From Octopus vulgaris (lineage: Eukaryota), in assembly GCA_951406725.2 (NCBI GenBank), contig OX597819.1, positions 118,234,001 to 118,298,000 on the forward strand: 64,000 bases of DNA. The letters run 5' to 3'. The translations under genes and the position numbers were made by a program. Shown here in pieces: positions 1 through 12,391 of the stretch (its first letter is position 1; every line of letters begins with the position of its first letter). The notes under the pieces were generated by a model, which was not told where the DNA came from, did no database searches, and worked only from the letters and a program-made list of their open reading frames with translations.

Positions 1-171
1 GGGTCACATATTTGTATAAACATCTAATTAATATAGTGGGGTCATTTGTGTATAAAATTTTATGAGGCGTGAATTAATTTAGATAATGGGTGTCAAATTT
101 AAGTAAAGTATAGGATAGAAATGTATATTCATAAATGTTGCGTTAACTACGCAAAGAAACGCCTTAAACTT

Positions 172-211
<40 letters not shown>

Positions 212-248
212 TTTTGTAACCACATTTTCCTTTCTATTGAACTTTCCT

Positions 249-287
249 CGGTTTCTGAAGAAGAGCGTTACTCGAAATGTTAAACCG
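249..287 (+). ncRNA. Minimal type I hammerhead-ribozyme-like motif in a short (TA)n-flanked repeat (about 211-391)
   Basis: cggttt-CTGAAGA-a-gag-cgtta-ctc-GAAA-tgtt-aaaccg: helix I cggttt/aaaccg, intact CUGANGA, short helix II, GAAA, almost no helix III (typical of PLE-associated minimal hammerheads). Confidence 0.6.
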
Positions 288-388
288 GCTTTCCTTCCTT
301 CCCTGGGCGTCTGCTAATACTTTACATGTACCACGGCCTCGTATTGTTTTTTGTTTTGTTTTAATGGGTGGTTGTTCTTTTGGGGATT

Positions 389-426
<38 letters not shown>

Positions 427-430
427 TTTT

Positions 431-659
431 CAAGCGTGGCCGTTGCCATTACCGCCTGACTAGCCCTCGTGCCGGTGGTACCTAAAAGCACCCACTACAT
501 TCTCGGAATGGTTGGCGTTCGGAAGGGCATCCAGCTGTAGAAATTCTGCCAGATCAAGATTGGAGCCTGTCGCAGTCATCTGGTTTGCCAGTTCTCAGTC
601 AAATCCTCCAACCCAACCCATGCTAGCATGGAAAGCGGACGTTAAATGATGATGATGAT
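431..659 (+). mobile_element. 3' part of an RTE-tailed SINE-like repeat
   Basis: ggttggcgttcggaagggcatccagctgtag core and aacccatgctagcatggaaagcggacgttaaatgatgatgat tail; longer inverted copy at 61002-61495. Confidence 0.8.
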
Positions 660-799
660 TTATATATATATACCGATGTGTGTGTGTGAACATGTGTGTG
701 AAATTGTGAAATATCAAGATAAATCCAAGTTTATAATTGTTTTTCTTTCTATACGACCCTTTATGGTTGCTTTGGAGTCCAGTAATATATATTTCAAGT

Positions 800-1080
800 G
801 CTCAAGCACAACAGATCACCAGGGAGCCCTATTGCATCAATTTGTAGATAATAAAATAGGAAGATGCCAATATGTTTGAGAACAGAGGTATCTCTCTATT
901 AAATGATGCAGGTTTGCAAATTAACGTCCGAGATGTAGAGTTTCTGTACCAACATTATGATGGTTATTACATGTTTTCAGCTATTACGAATCGGGTGTGT
1001 ATGAATCGCAATACCATTGATCGCAAATTCCATGGATCGCATAATTTTCAGTATTCAGCAATACGATAAACAATGGCTTT
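800..1080 (+). pseudogene. Decayed RTE-clade LINE reverse transcriptase fragment
   Basis: Ordered motifs across frameshifts: TDHQGALL..NK.GRC (~QDFKDALI..KGxR..C), NRGISLLNDAG at 881 (~NYRGISLLSxAGK), VYESQ at ~997-1011 (~LPESQCGFR), MDRIIFSIQQYDKQW at 1032 (~TxDMIFxxRQLQEKC). Confidence 0.65.
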
Positions 1081-3505
1081 CTCAACAGTAAATGGTTATT
1101 ATCTCTCTCGACAAGCAATATTGTGATATGATTTGTGTTTTCTCATCATGCTCAGTGTGCTGACGGAGTGCAAGCACTTCTGAATTCGTGTTGACGAAAT
1201 AGTATGCCATGACATCAACGTAATTTATACAGAGTTTTCTTCAAGAAGCATAAATTTTAGACAAATTATCAACCGGTAGATCGATCAATCCATTAAAAGT
1301 TAGGTAAGCATATCAATTTTGTTTTTAAACAAATCATTTTATCATTAATTATCAAACCAATGAACTGATAAGTCACTTATTTCACAGGTGAAAGATGTAA
1401 ATAGACTTTTCGCATGGTTAAACTTTTTCCATTATTTCAGTACCAATTGAATGATATGCTAAAAGTATTTAGCTGCGCCAGATATTTTACGCTTTGTTGC
1501 TTCAAGTAAAAACAGAAATGTTAAAAGCAACAAAGAACAATGTTTTTAAAATGATTAAACAAAGACAATTTTGCAATTCAAGAAAATCTTGGAGTGAATT
1601 CGGATCACTGATAAATTTTAATGTTATTAAAAGCAAACCCCAAGCGTAATTTCCTAAAGATGGCTGTGTTATGTTCAATAGGTTTAGATAAAAATTAAAA
1701 ATTACTAACTGTGCAAGTTTGAATTAAGTATATTGGAATTAAAAAGGGAAAATGAATCCAATGAAAAAATCGAATTTAAACTAATTAAAATTTTACATTA
1801 ATTTTCTATTTTGGGTTGAGCAATAATAATAACTATACTTTACAGATATTCCAGGTCAAATACTGTGTCAGGAAAGAAGTCATTCAAATCATGTTTTTTT
1901 TCTTTCTTCTCTTCAAAATTATTTGAACTGATAAAACCTAAACATGTTCATACAAATTTAGAATGATGAGAATTGCTTAAACTCGTATGTGCTCATCTTG
2001 CGAAATAACAAAGCAGACAGTATTTCATGCACTGCATGCAAGTTTTAGCATAACACTATAGATGCTCTATACTTGTCGGTACAAGGATGATTGTGAAAAT
2101 ACTGTCATAAGCTAGGTAGATAAAATCTACCAAATCTGCAGCAAAACACTCAATTTCAGAGGGAAAAAAATAAGACGAGAAATATATTTTTATGACTAAA
2201 GCAAATTCCAAGATGAGATATCCATTGGTAGTATTCACTGGAATAGATTAGTCAACAAATTCAGAAAAGTCCTATTCAAACAAAGCATAAAGTGAACTTA
2301 GTAGAATAACAAAATAACCCAATGATTATTATGTAAACTAGATACATTGATATAAAAACAAACAAAAGGCAACTTTTACAGAGACAATCTTCTGAACGGG
2401 CCATAAACTTAGACAGGTCAATAACAAATCTAATGAAATGATAGGCACATTTAAAACCATGGAAATATCGAGGACATCGTAACGTACACAAAAGGAACCG
2501 AAAGAGCTTATTGCAAATAATAATAGAAGACTAGCGATAAAATGAAGTGTAATAAATACATTATGAACTCGACTAAGAAAGATGAAATTGATAAGATACT
2601 GAATTATAAAACATGCTCGGTGACGCACAATTCTTAAAACTGAGGCACATTACGGGAACTCACTATATACAGAAAACAATTGTAGACACCACAGACGTAT
2701 ACCGAAAGGAAATAATGGAATCACGAGGTCGATTTTATACACCAAAACTTTAAAATAAATTTAGCATAGTTAGACAAAAACTAAATATTAAAGAACACAG
2801 CACATACACGCACAGACGTGTTTGTAATTTGGCAATAAAACAAGAAGCAAAATCAGAAAAAAAATTATGCTAATGTCATCGGTGCAGAGGGTTGTCATGG
2901 AAATATAACAAAACACGATGTGCAGAAGAAAATATGAATGAGTTGACAATATTCACTCATTCACAATGTTATAGATACAAAGTGGTGAAGAAATTTGTGG
3001 GCAAAGACAAATATTGTAGAGAAACAACAACCGCTGGGCGAGTTCAAAAGATTTAGTAATATGAAACAGAAAATATAACAATTCAGCGCCCAACATCTGG
3101 TTTTAGCTGGTGTTAGTTACAAAACGTTTGTGAAATATAAACACACACATGTAATATATAAATATTTTTAATTGCATAAATGTGTGTCTGTGTCTGTATG
3201 CACTTCCGGAGACCAGTTAATTTGCATGGTTCTGCCCCGCCCATTCAAAACTTAGAAACAGTAATACAAACATGATTTATGTATTCCTACTCTGTGTGCG
3301 TATGTGTGTGTGAATAATAGTTATTACATATACTGATTTGAAATTTAGGCACAAGGCCAGCAATGTCGGGGGAGAGGTTCATATTTTATCTACCCCGCCA
3401 GCATTTAAGCTGAAAGCGTATAGTCTATAAAAGTGTCACTAAAAACTTTTACCGCTTTTGTATGCGTATGTTGGTATATTTTCTCGTCGCTCAAACTCAG
3501 TTTGT

Positions 3506-3804
3506 GGAGGCAAATGGCCTAGAGCTTAGAGCAGCGGACTTGCGGTCGTGGGACCGTGGGTTTGAACCTCAGACAGAGTGATGTGTGTGTTTATGAGTGA
3601 AACACCTAAGCTCCACGTGGATCCAGCAGAAGGTAATGGCGAACTTCTACTGACTCTCTCGCCACAACTTTCTCTCACTCTTTCCTCCTGCATCTTGCAG
3701 CTCACCTTTGACGGAACGCCGTTCCGTCCAGGTGGGGAGTCTATAAGTCAAGGAAACCGGGAAACCGGCACTATGACCCAGGTGTGGCTAGAGAAGAAAC
3801 GAAC
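3506..3804 (+). mobile_element. tRNA(Arg)-like SINE, tail type A (possibly octopus OR-type)
   Basis: tRNA-like head tggcctagagcttagagcagcggacttgcggtc...gggtttgaacct (A/B boxes); collinear with 26112-26420; head shared with 24399-24771. Confidence 0.85.
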
Positions 3805-4400
3805 ACACTCAGTTTACAAGGAAAAAACCCACATATATTCAGGACAGTTTACAATCATTATTAATGTTTGCTTTACACAGCATAGCAGGCCCGTTGCGTT
3901 ATTCAGTGATGCAGCTTCCAAGGTTGTCATGCAGGATGTTTTCATGAAGGAGAGAGCTCAGATTATCTACCAGCTGTGTTTTTGTAGTCAATGTTTAATC
4001 CATAAATGCTCTTTCTGTCGTACTGTGCAATTGTATGCTTGTCTGTGTGCAAACATATTATCAGTCTCTCCGAAAATCCTTTAATAATATTATCCTTGGT
4101 CAACAATGTGTACTATATATATATAAATAAATATAGGATAAAATCTATATAAGAATTTATCAAGTAGTCAGCGTGAAAAAGCATATAAGGGGAACATTTA
4201 TAATTATTCACTTTAAATGCATTTATTGTATTAAGGGTATTACTATACGTAAATGCCTCATACTATGGGGGACACCTAAAGTCAAGACTACCGTAATAAA
4301 TATACAGTGTACCGACAGCGAAGGAATGCAACTTCGAAGCCCTCCCTTAAAAGCACCCTTAATATAATATTTCATATATTTATATATATATATATATATA

Positions 4401-4676
4401 TATGGGAAAAGTAAAAAAGAGAAAATGCACATTGGATACAAAAATAAAGTGTTTTCTTATGAAACGTATGTGTATATATATATATATAATTAGATGAAAT
4501 GAGGTGGAATTAAGAGGTATAAAAGTCATTAATAATTTATAATAATGACGTTTATACCTCTTAATTCCACTTCAGTTCATCTAATTGTATATATATATTT
4601 TTACGTTTCATAAGAAAGGCCTTTCTTTTTTACATCCAACATGCGCTTTCTCTTTTTTTCGTTTTACTTTCCCATA
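4401..4676. repeat. Long imperfect fold-back inverted repeat between (TA)n tracts
   Basis: Left arm tatgggaaaagtaaaa...aattagatgaaatgaggtggaattaagaggtataaaagtcatta; right arm taatgacgtttatacctcttaattccacttcagttcatctaatt...ttttactttcccata; spacer about 11 nt. Confidence 0.9.
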
Positions 4677-4717
4677 TTTACACCACGTATAGTCTATTTT
4701 CTTTAAAACCTATTACT

Positions 4718-4772
<55 letters not shown>

Positions 4773-4859
4773 ATATATATTGTCCGTACTATTTGCAAAC
4801 AAACAAGCATACAATACACAGTATATATACGGTATAATAAACACAGTATATGTTTTTAT

Positions 4860-5985
4860 GGACAATGAAAACGACACAGACAACATTTTATAACACGCCT
4901 GGTGCCTTCGTGCAATCTTAAGTCTACCTTCACATCACATATACACGCTAAAACAGAATAAGAGAAAATGAGAAGCTCGACGTACATAGTGGAAGATTGA
5001 AAGCAAAAGGAAAACGAAAGCAAAAGAAAAAGAAAAAAAAAACAATAAATGGGAAATCTACAGTTATGTCCCCTCTGACCGTAAACCCATAATAAGGCTG
5101 AATGGGTAGGGGGTCTTGAGTTTCTGATACAGCCGCTCAATCCGGGAAAGGTATTTTCGAATCCGGCAACAAGAATTTCTATATATGTTTACATTTGCTG
5201 AAAATTTCAGAAATGTAATTCAGTGGTGCAGTGGAGTTCTAAGGTCGAAAAGGAACTGTGATCTTTCAGCTACGCATAGCTTGAATTATTTTGATCCGTT
5301 CAGCCTTTTTATGGGTATGGACTTTTTAACCATGTTCCCTTGATTGTAAGTGGTGTGGCGTTAGACTTCAAAACTCATGTGTCTAGCCAAATTAAGTGAC
5401 TTTAATTTTGCTCCTGTGCCGGAAAGATTATGCGTTTAGAAATAGCGATTTTTGAAGTTGACTTCACATAAGCTTCTTTACTTGGAGTAGGATCTTAGTG
5501 GTGTTTGTTTATGATTATTTACTAGAGTTCCAATGGAATATTATTCTGTACCTGCAATTTAAGGGGAAATCTTTATCTAAAAGAGACAGGAATCTCATAA
5601 ATCACATCGTTTTAACATTTAGGAAAAAGGGAAGAGAGCGAACCACATTATAGTCCTAAGTCCTATTTATTATTCATATTATTACTAAAGGGAATGAAAA
5701 TTAATTTGTTTTTAAAGCCACTTTTGTCTAGGGCATTGTTTTTGTAAGTGGGGCTATCTTATCAAAATTTTCTTTTAGTAAAAGTAACTTTAGATATTTT
5801 GTTGCTAATGTTGGCTGTCAAGGTCTTAATCACTACGGAGGACATTGACAAGTCTGTGTAGGCAGAATAGGTCCTCCTTGTACTCATGGTAAGGTTTTTG
5901 AGAGAAAGATTGCCCGAAAGCACCAAACATGTAATAAAATTGTCTGTGTTGTTTTAATCGCATGGAACAGTTAGTAGCTTACAAA
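4860..5985 (-). mobile_element. Penelope-like element remnant (RT thumb/linker, GIY-YIG C-terminal region, 3' non-coding tail)
   Basis: Minus-strand motifs in PLE order with stops and frameshifts: KPYH, VIKTLTANISNKISK, NNALDKSGFKNKLIF, IMWF..F..NVKT, FLSLLDKDFPLNCRYRIIF, FKNRY, KLCVAER, SEIFSKCKHI*KFLL (5211-5167); a decayed hammerhead-like motif follows at 4926-4877. Confidence 0.85.
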
Positions 5986-5989
5986 AATA

Positions 5990-6771
5990 CAGGGCGCGAT
6001 GGCTAAATTGTAGACATTTTATATTTGTATTTTAACGCATGCGCATTGTGTCTTGACTCTCAACTACACACTATAGTTGTGTCAGTTGGACACTGTGAGA
6101 AACACAGCACCGTAACTCTCCCAGAAATTTGGAAACGACATGCTGTACTGCTTCCCATTTATGCTGGAAGCTCCGATACAAACATGTGCCGAGAGTGATA
6201 AAAATTAAACATTTATTCAACATCATAGTGTTTGGGGTGATCAGTAGTTATAGGACGCTATTCCTCCATTCATCTTCCCACATGGCCTCAAACTCAACAC
6301 AGGCCTTCATCAAGTACTGCCCTGTGTCAAGAGAGGTTGCCGAAAACTCTGTCTGAAAACAGGACTGTGCGCCACACTACACAAACAGGAGTATCCAGTC
6401 ATGGGTATCAGACAATTTCTCCGACCAGAGCACTCCTAACTCTGGTAACCTAACTCCCCAGACTGCAACCCCCTTCATTATTGTGTGAGACGCAGTTGAG
6501 CAAGAGACCAGCAAATCTTGTAACACCAAAGATAAACAAAAGGCAAGGATTATGGCAGCATTCACCACCGAAAACAAGGAAGAGTTGCAGGAGATTTAGA
6601 AGTGATTTGGAGGCCGTGGATGAAGCCAATGACAATTTTATTGAATAAATTTACTCTTTAGTATTTAAAGAGATTTTTATGTAATTTTGGTAAATATATC
6701 TTTTAAAATGAAAGGCAAGTGTTATTTTTCCTTTTTGTGTAATTTAGACGACAGTTTATTCGCCGCCACAT
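5990..6771 (+). mobile_element. Tc1/mariner-superfamily transposon remnant (maT/DD37D-like catalytic region), internally deleted
   Basis: Starts TA|caggg; frameshifted peptides IVFGVISS, PPFIFPHGLKLNT, QDCAPH, SWVSDNF, PNSPDCNPL, KARIMAAF, LEAVDEANDNFIE*; degenerate TIR near 6745-6771. Confidence 0.85.
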
Positions 6772-8892
6772 ATATATAGCGTGTTCATTAAACTAATTAT
6801 CTCTGACTAGATTGAGTACATTATGTTGGTCTTACCTTCACAGAACAGTATAATATATATATGTGTGTGTGTGTGCTTATCTTTTTACTTATTTGATTAT
6901 ACATACACATAAATATATATATATATATATAGGTTTATTTGTATATATCTATATGAGCATACATGCAAATTGGACACAATCGAGGAAAAATCACACAGAA
7001 TTTTTACATATAACACATTTCTCTCACATAAAATTAATGCGGCCATATACATATACCCAGTCTATATTAACGAATGTTTGGTTTGCTCAATTGGACTTAA
7101 TTTCATTCATATATTCAAACTTCTGGAAATCCTTTTACAACAGCTGTTTTATTTTACATCGTCCTCTTTCAACAAAGAACATACATAGTGGAATAATTTC
7201 ACTAATGAGGTTATATAATGCTGCTAGTCATTTCACTGTACATTTTAGTTGGGTTGATCATACTTAACACACTTCGCGCAAGTTACATAAAATTCTAGCA
7301 GTTTCTATCATGATCATGCGAACGAGATGGCGTTTTATAACATGGTGGGTTATGATGATGAGTGGTGGGAATGAAATAAGGTTTATAACGTTATATTTTA
7401 TTGGTTGTAGTTCGACTGTAATGATGGTTGCTGCATCAGCATTTGTTCTACATGCGTATTCTGCATCATTATGGCTGTTGCTACTGCTCTAGTGCTGATA
7501 TACCTCAATTTGTTCATTATGGTTGCCGTTCAATTCACAACTAATATTTTGGTTATAGTGATAAGATTGAGAAATTTACTTGAAATTCTGTAGGAAAATA
7601 AATGCTGTTACTATTGGTATTATTTGAATAGGAAACGCCGTATATTTTCCTTACTTCAGTTAGGGGGACATTTCCGTTTTCGAATTCCGCCTGGATGTTT
7701 TTATATCAACATTGCAGACCACTAATTTGTAACAACTTATTGCAAGTCAACAAATACCGAAATAAATAGACTTGGTTAATTATTTTAATGCTTCACGAAA
7801 ATAAGAAATTTAATGTTTATTCCGATAATCAATTATCTTAAATATATTTTTAATGTTATTCACATATGAATTTACAGCAAATAACTATGCTAATTGCCGA
7901 AGAAAATAATTTGAAGAAATTATTATCATATTCATAACTTTGTAAATTCAACTTGTGTTCATTTTGGACGATTTAGAACCTATAGGATACAAGAATTTAA
8001 AGAGGATGTCTTCGAATTTTTCTATCCAAAGGGAATTTTCTAGACAACATTTATATACGATTCTTATTAGATTTATGTACTTCGAGGTTTAGTCCAAAAT
8101 GTTATTATTTCACCTTCTCTCTCGAAATTTTATAAACTCTTATAACATCAGAAATACATTTGTATACATTTACACTCACATATGTATAAGAGCGACTGAT
8201 AGTGGGGCGCATGCGATTATCACCTGGTATGTAAGAAATATAATTTCCTTGTTTACACAGAGTACTACAAACGTATCTGTTTTCGCTAAATTGCGTTTCA
8301 ATTTGTATACTTAATTCCATGTAGATAACAAAGAGAATATAATTTTACATAAGTACCAGCGGAAGATAATTGCCTGTGTATATGTGAAAATTATAAACAA
8401 TACTTTCTACAATAGGCGCAAGTCCTGTAAATTTTGGAAATGGGGAATGCCGATTATATCGACGACAGTAAGTGGTACTTCGTTCATCGTCCTGAAAGGA
8501 TTGAAAGCAAAGTCAACAGCTAAGCAGGATAATTTGTAACTTAGGTATATGGTCACGAAAATGGTGCCGATTCCAGAAGAATGGAAAGCCCATATTACCT
8601 GAACAGATTTTGATAGGATACGTAAATTTATGTAACCAAAGAACACAATTTGTTTTATATAATAAAATTTCTTCCGATCATTGCACTCTAACAAGGAAAT
8701 ATTAGAAAAGAAAAAGGGAACATGTAACACTGGGCGACATTTGCATTTAATGTGTCTTTCAAACAAACTTAATGCTGTAAGCCATTTAAATCTTACTTAT
8801 TTTCTACTGTAATCATAATAATCGATTCTACTCTAGGCACAAGGCCTAAAAGTCATGATGAGGATAATAATAAATATAATAATAAATGTAAT

Positions 8893-9930
8893 AACAAGAG
8901 CACTCAGGGAGCGCATACCTACGTCAAGGCAACACCAACGTTCTCTCAACGATTAGCCGGAGACGAATTTTAAAATGAGAATATCTGAAACGAACTCGAC
9001 TGCTCTCACAAATGGGAATACTAAAAATGAATCCGACCGTTCTCAAAAATTAAGGAAAATAAAACGGAAAAATAATCCAGAATACTTGTCCGGTAACTGA
9101 TCGGTCCCTATGGTAGTTATGGAAGGTGAAGCTGGGTGTGCAGTCCGTACATGTAATGCTGTATGTGTGTGTGTGTGTGTGTGTGTCAGCTGCAGTAGGA
9201 ACAGGGACAGTTTTCTCTATGAAGGTCTTTTTTTAGTCTATCATTGATACTTTGTCTTTACGACCATTAAGGTCCATAAAGCAAAGTTTATCCGTGTGGG
9301 AAAGAAAACAGAAAGGACCTGCATACGGTGCTGATAACGGAGGTTTAACGACATCGTTGCGCACAAAAAAAAATGAGTCCAAGAAGTAAAGATTACTTCA
9401 AGGCAGAGCTAGAAATGCAATTGTCAAGTAAGTAAGAGGTTTTAAAGAGGAGCGATATATAAAACTAAAAATCGTCGAGGATAAATTAAATTTATTACTG
9501 TTACTGAATGAATATGTTACTGTTATTTAATTTCTAAACGGTTTTGTTGCCGTTTGTTTATGCAGTTTGATAACTTTATCCATCAGTTTCTACTAAGATA
9601 GAGACGCAAGTAAAATTAATAATAAAGAAACGAAAATAAAACTTTGGAAACAGCAGCACCGCTAAAATTTACGTGGAAATCATGAACTTGCTTTCAAGGG
9701 AGATGATCAGGGAAATATTTGAAATCAGGGTAAGTAAATATAACAAATAATCCAGAATCCTTTTCCTGTACCAGAATGATCGCAAAACCTAAGCAGTCCG
9801 TGCCAGTCACATGGCCAAGCTTCCTTGAAAGTTTCATCCGAATCCATCTAGCTGTTCTTGAGATATTTTGTCCACGGATAAACAAACATGACTGAAAACA
9901 ATACCTCCGATTTCGCTAAGGCGAAGCTGA
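8893..9930 (+). mobile_element. Helentron-associated non-autonomous element (HINE/DINE-1-like)
   Basis: Begins aacaagagcactcagggagcgcatacctacgtcaagg, contains aagtttcatccgaatccatc..ttcttgagatattttg, ends aacaatacctccgatttcgctaaggcgaagc hairpin; internal aaataatccagaat repeated at ~9070 and ~9745; flanked by (AAT)n. Confidence 0.6.
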
Positions 9931-9932
9931 TG

Positions 9933-9963
<31 letters not shown>

Positions 9964-9975
9964 TAAAAAAAAAAA

Positions 9976-10012
<37 letters not shown>

Positions 10013-10037
10013 GATATTATTATTATTATAGGAGCAA

Positions 10038-10365
10038 AGCAAATATTCTGCTCAATACTTCAGATATCCGTGTGAGTTATTTGATCTTAATCAGTTGAGC
10101 ATATCCCTTAGTGGCTGAGAATATGTGCATCTCTGATCACGAGCGGATTATAGCCATGTGTTGAGAGGAATTCTTTGATGTTTGGATAATCCACCTCTGG
10201 AAACATGAGCGTTATGTTCAACATCCTTAGACAACCCTTATTCACGGTCATACGCTGTTTATGTTGATATGAGATCACTTTGTCACGCATATATGGTTAT
10301 GATGCACGTGCGTGTTCTGTATATTAAGCCCCAGTGTCACTTTGATGGCATGCACTGCTCTCTCA
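10038..10365. repeat. Unclassified interspersed repeat flanked by (AAT)n, copy 1 (deleted)
   Basis: Collinear with 11828-12323 (atatgtgcatctctgatcacgagc, tgatatgagatcact..gtcacgca, ccccagtgt..gcatgcactgct). Confidence 0.8.
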
Positions 10366-10376
10366 ACAAAAACATC

Positions 10377-10412
<36 letters not shown>

Positions 10413-10413
<1 letters not shown>

Positions 10414-10645
10414 TCCTACGCAAAATACTTTCTATGTAATCTCAAGTTTTAAAACAAATATAATTTTCTCATGGTTTCTTAAACATTCTCTAGAACAACA
10501 CTATGTACAAAACAAATATATGGCACCCTAGGAATAACACCAAAATTAACTTCAAACTTGTTGTCTCTTGAGGACTCTGGGTGAGATTTGGAGCCAAATT
10601 GTAAAAATAAGAAGCAAAAGTCAAACATAAAATAATAATAATAAT
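10413..10645 (+). mobile_element. 5'-truncated 3' end of an R4/Dong-like non-LTR retrotransposon in a (TAA)n tract
   Basis: Starts with ILRKILSM* (10413-10439), resembling the ...ARILRKVL C-terminus of RLE-type LINEs; 3' UTR ends in (TAA)n; both flanks are TAA repeats, the known Dong target. Confidence 0.55.
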
Positions 10646-10800
10646 ATCTACTATAGGCACAATGCTTTAAATTTGAGGAGAGGAGAAATAGTTTATCACA
10701 GGAAAGCCAGTTTTCTACTGGTACTTAATTTATCGACCCTGAAAGGCAAAAGGCGAAGTCAGCCTTGGTGAAATTTCAAAATATGATTGTAGCACCGGGT

Positions 10801-11033
10801 GAAATACCTATTTCTTTACTACCCACAAGGAGCTAAACACAGTGAGGACAAACAAGGACAGAGAAACGGATTGACTACATTGACCCCAGTGCGTAACTGG
10901 TACTCAATTTATCGACCCCGAAAGGATGAAAGGCAAAGTCGACCTCGGCAGAATTTGAACTCAGAACGTAACGGCAGACGAAATACCGCTCAGCATTTCG
11001 CCCGGTGTGCTAATATTTTTGCCAGCTCACCGC
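10801..11033 (-). mobile_element. Full-length Meta/MESC-domain-like tRNA SINE
   Basis: Reverse complement of the family at 50213-50448, including gaggtcgactttgcctttcatcctttcggggtcgataaat..gtaccagt. Confidence 0.9.
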
Positions 11034-11827
11034 TAATTTAATAATACGAACTCTGTAATTTCGTCACAAAGCAAACAATTTTAATGGAGGGGATAGTCGA
11101 TTTTATGGGCAGCAGTGTTCAACACTTGCATGTTATATCGACTACAAAAGGATGAAATGCGTAGTGACATTTCTTCCGGGTGGTAAACGATTGTGCCAGG
11201 TCGCCTTCTGCTAATTTTGGCATAAAATCAGTAACATTTTAAGAAAGAGTAAACCGATTACCTTGTCCTCAGTTTGTTACAGGTGTTTATGTAATTGGCC
11301 ACGGAAGGATGAAAGATAAATTCTATTTCCGCAGAACACGAACTCAGAACGTAAAGAATAATAATGATATTTTCTAATGTAGGGTAAAGGTCTGAAATTT
11401 GTGAAGCGGGGTCTAGTCGATATAATCGACACCAGTACTTAACAGGAATTTATTTTATCGATCCAAAATGTATGAAAAGTAACGTCAACCTAGGCAGAAT
11501 CTGAAATCAGTAACTAACGCTGGAATATACGGAATATAGGTCTGCTAACCTTTTTTTGCTGGCTGCAAATTTTATAATAATAATTCTTACTACTAAAGGT
11601 ACAAGGTCCCAAAAATTTGAGGGAAAGGACTGGTCGATTACATCGGCCCTAGTGATTCGCTGGTGGCTAATTTATCGAGCCCGAAAAGAATGAAAGGCAA
11701 AGTCGTCCTCAGTGGAACGTGAAATCAGAACGTAAACACGGGTGATATAGCGCGAAGCATTTTGCCCGGCGTGCTAACAATTCTGCTAGCTCACTGCCTT
11801 GAATAATAGTAATATTAAAAATAATAT

Positions 11828-12323
11828 GATGCAGTACCAAGCAGTGGCTCTCATGGCTTCTGATCTTAACTGATTGGACGTGTTATCCTCTACATTATTT
11901 TGTCTTGGTATAAAAGATGGGCTACAATACCACAGATTTGATTGTCAGTTGCTTGACCTTAACCAGTTTAGCATTTCCTTTAGTAGATGACGATATGTGC
12001 ATCTCTGATCACGAGCAGAAGTAGTGGGGGAACATCATAGTCATGTGTTGAGAGACACTCTTTAGGGTTTGGATAATTCCCCTTTGAAAGCATGGATGTT
12101 TTGTTCATCATTCTTAAACAAACTTTTGAGTGGGATGGGCTACTCTGCCTAGAGAAAATTGTGAGTGCTGTTTGTCTTGATATGAGATCACTATGTCACG
12201 CACATATGATTGTGATGCAAGTGCATAGTGTACCGCTATCAGAAGGGTAGTCAAGATGGGTATACTGGGTTTCGTATGTTTTACCCCAGTGTTATGTTTA
12301 TAGCATGCACTGCTATCTTGCAC
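11828..12323. repeat. Unclassified interspersed repeat flanked by (AAT)n, copy 2
   Basis: Longer copy of 10038-10365; ends directly at the (AAT)n run 12324-12389. Confidence 0.8.

Positions 12324-12391
<68 letters not shown>

Noticed and set aside
2050-2700. Possible R4/LINE RT remnant (WKYRG, INTL, EIDKI..KT, LTIYRK)
   Set aside because: Motif matches are too degenerate to support without an alignment
3578-4084. 168-aa ORF
   Set aside because: Starts inside a SINE and runs into unrelated flank; no domain recognised
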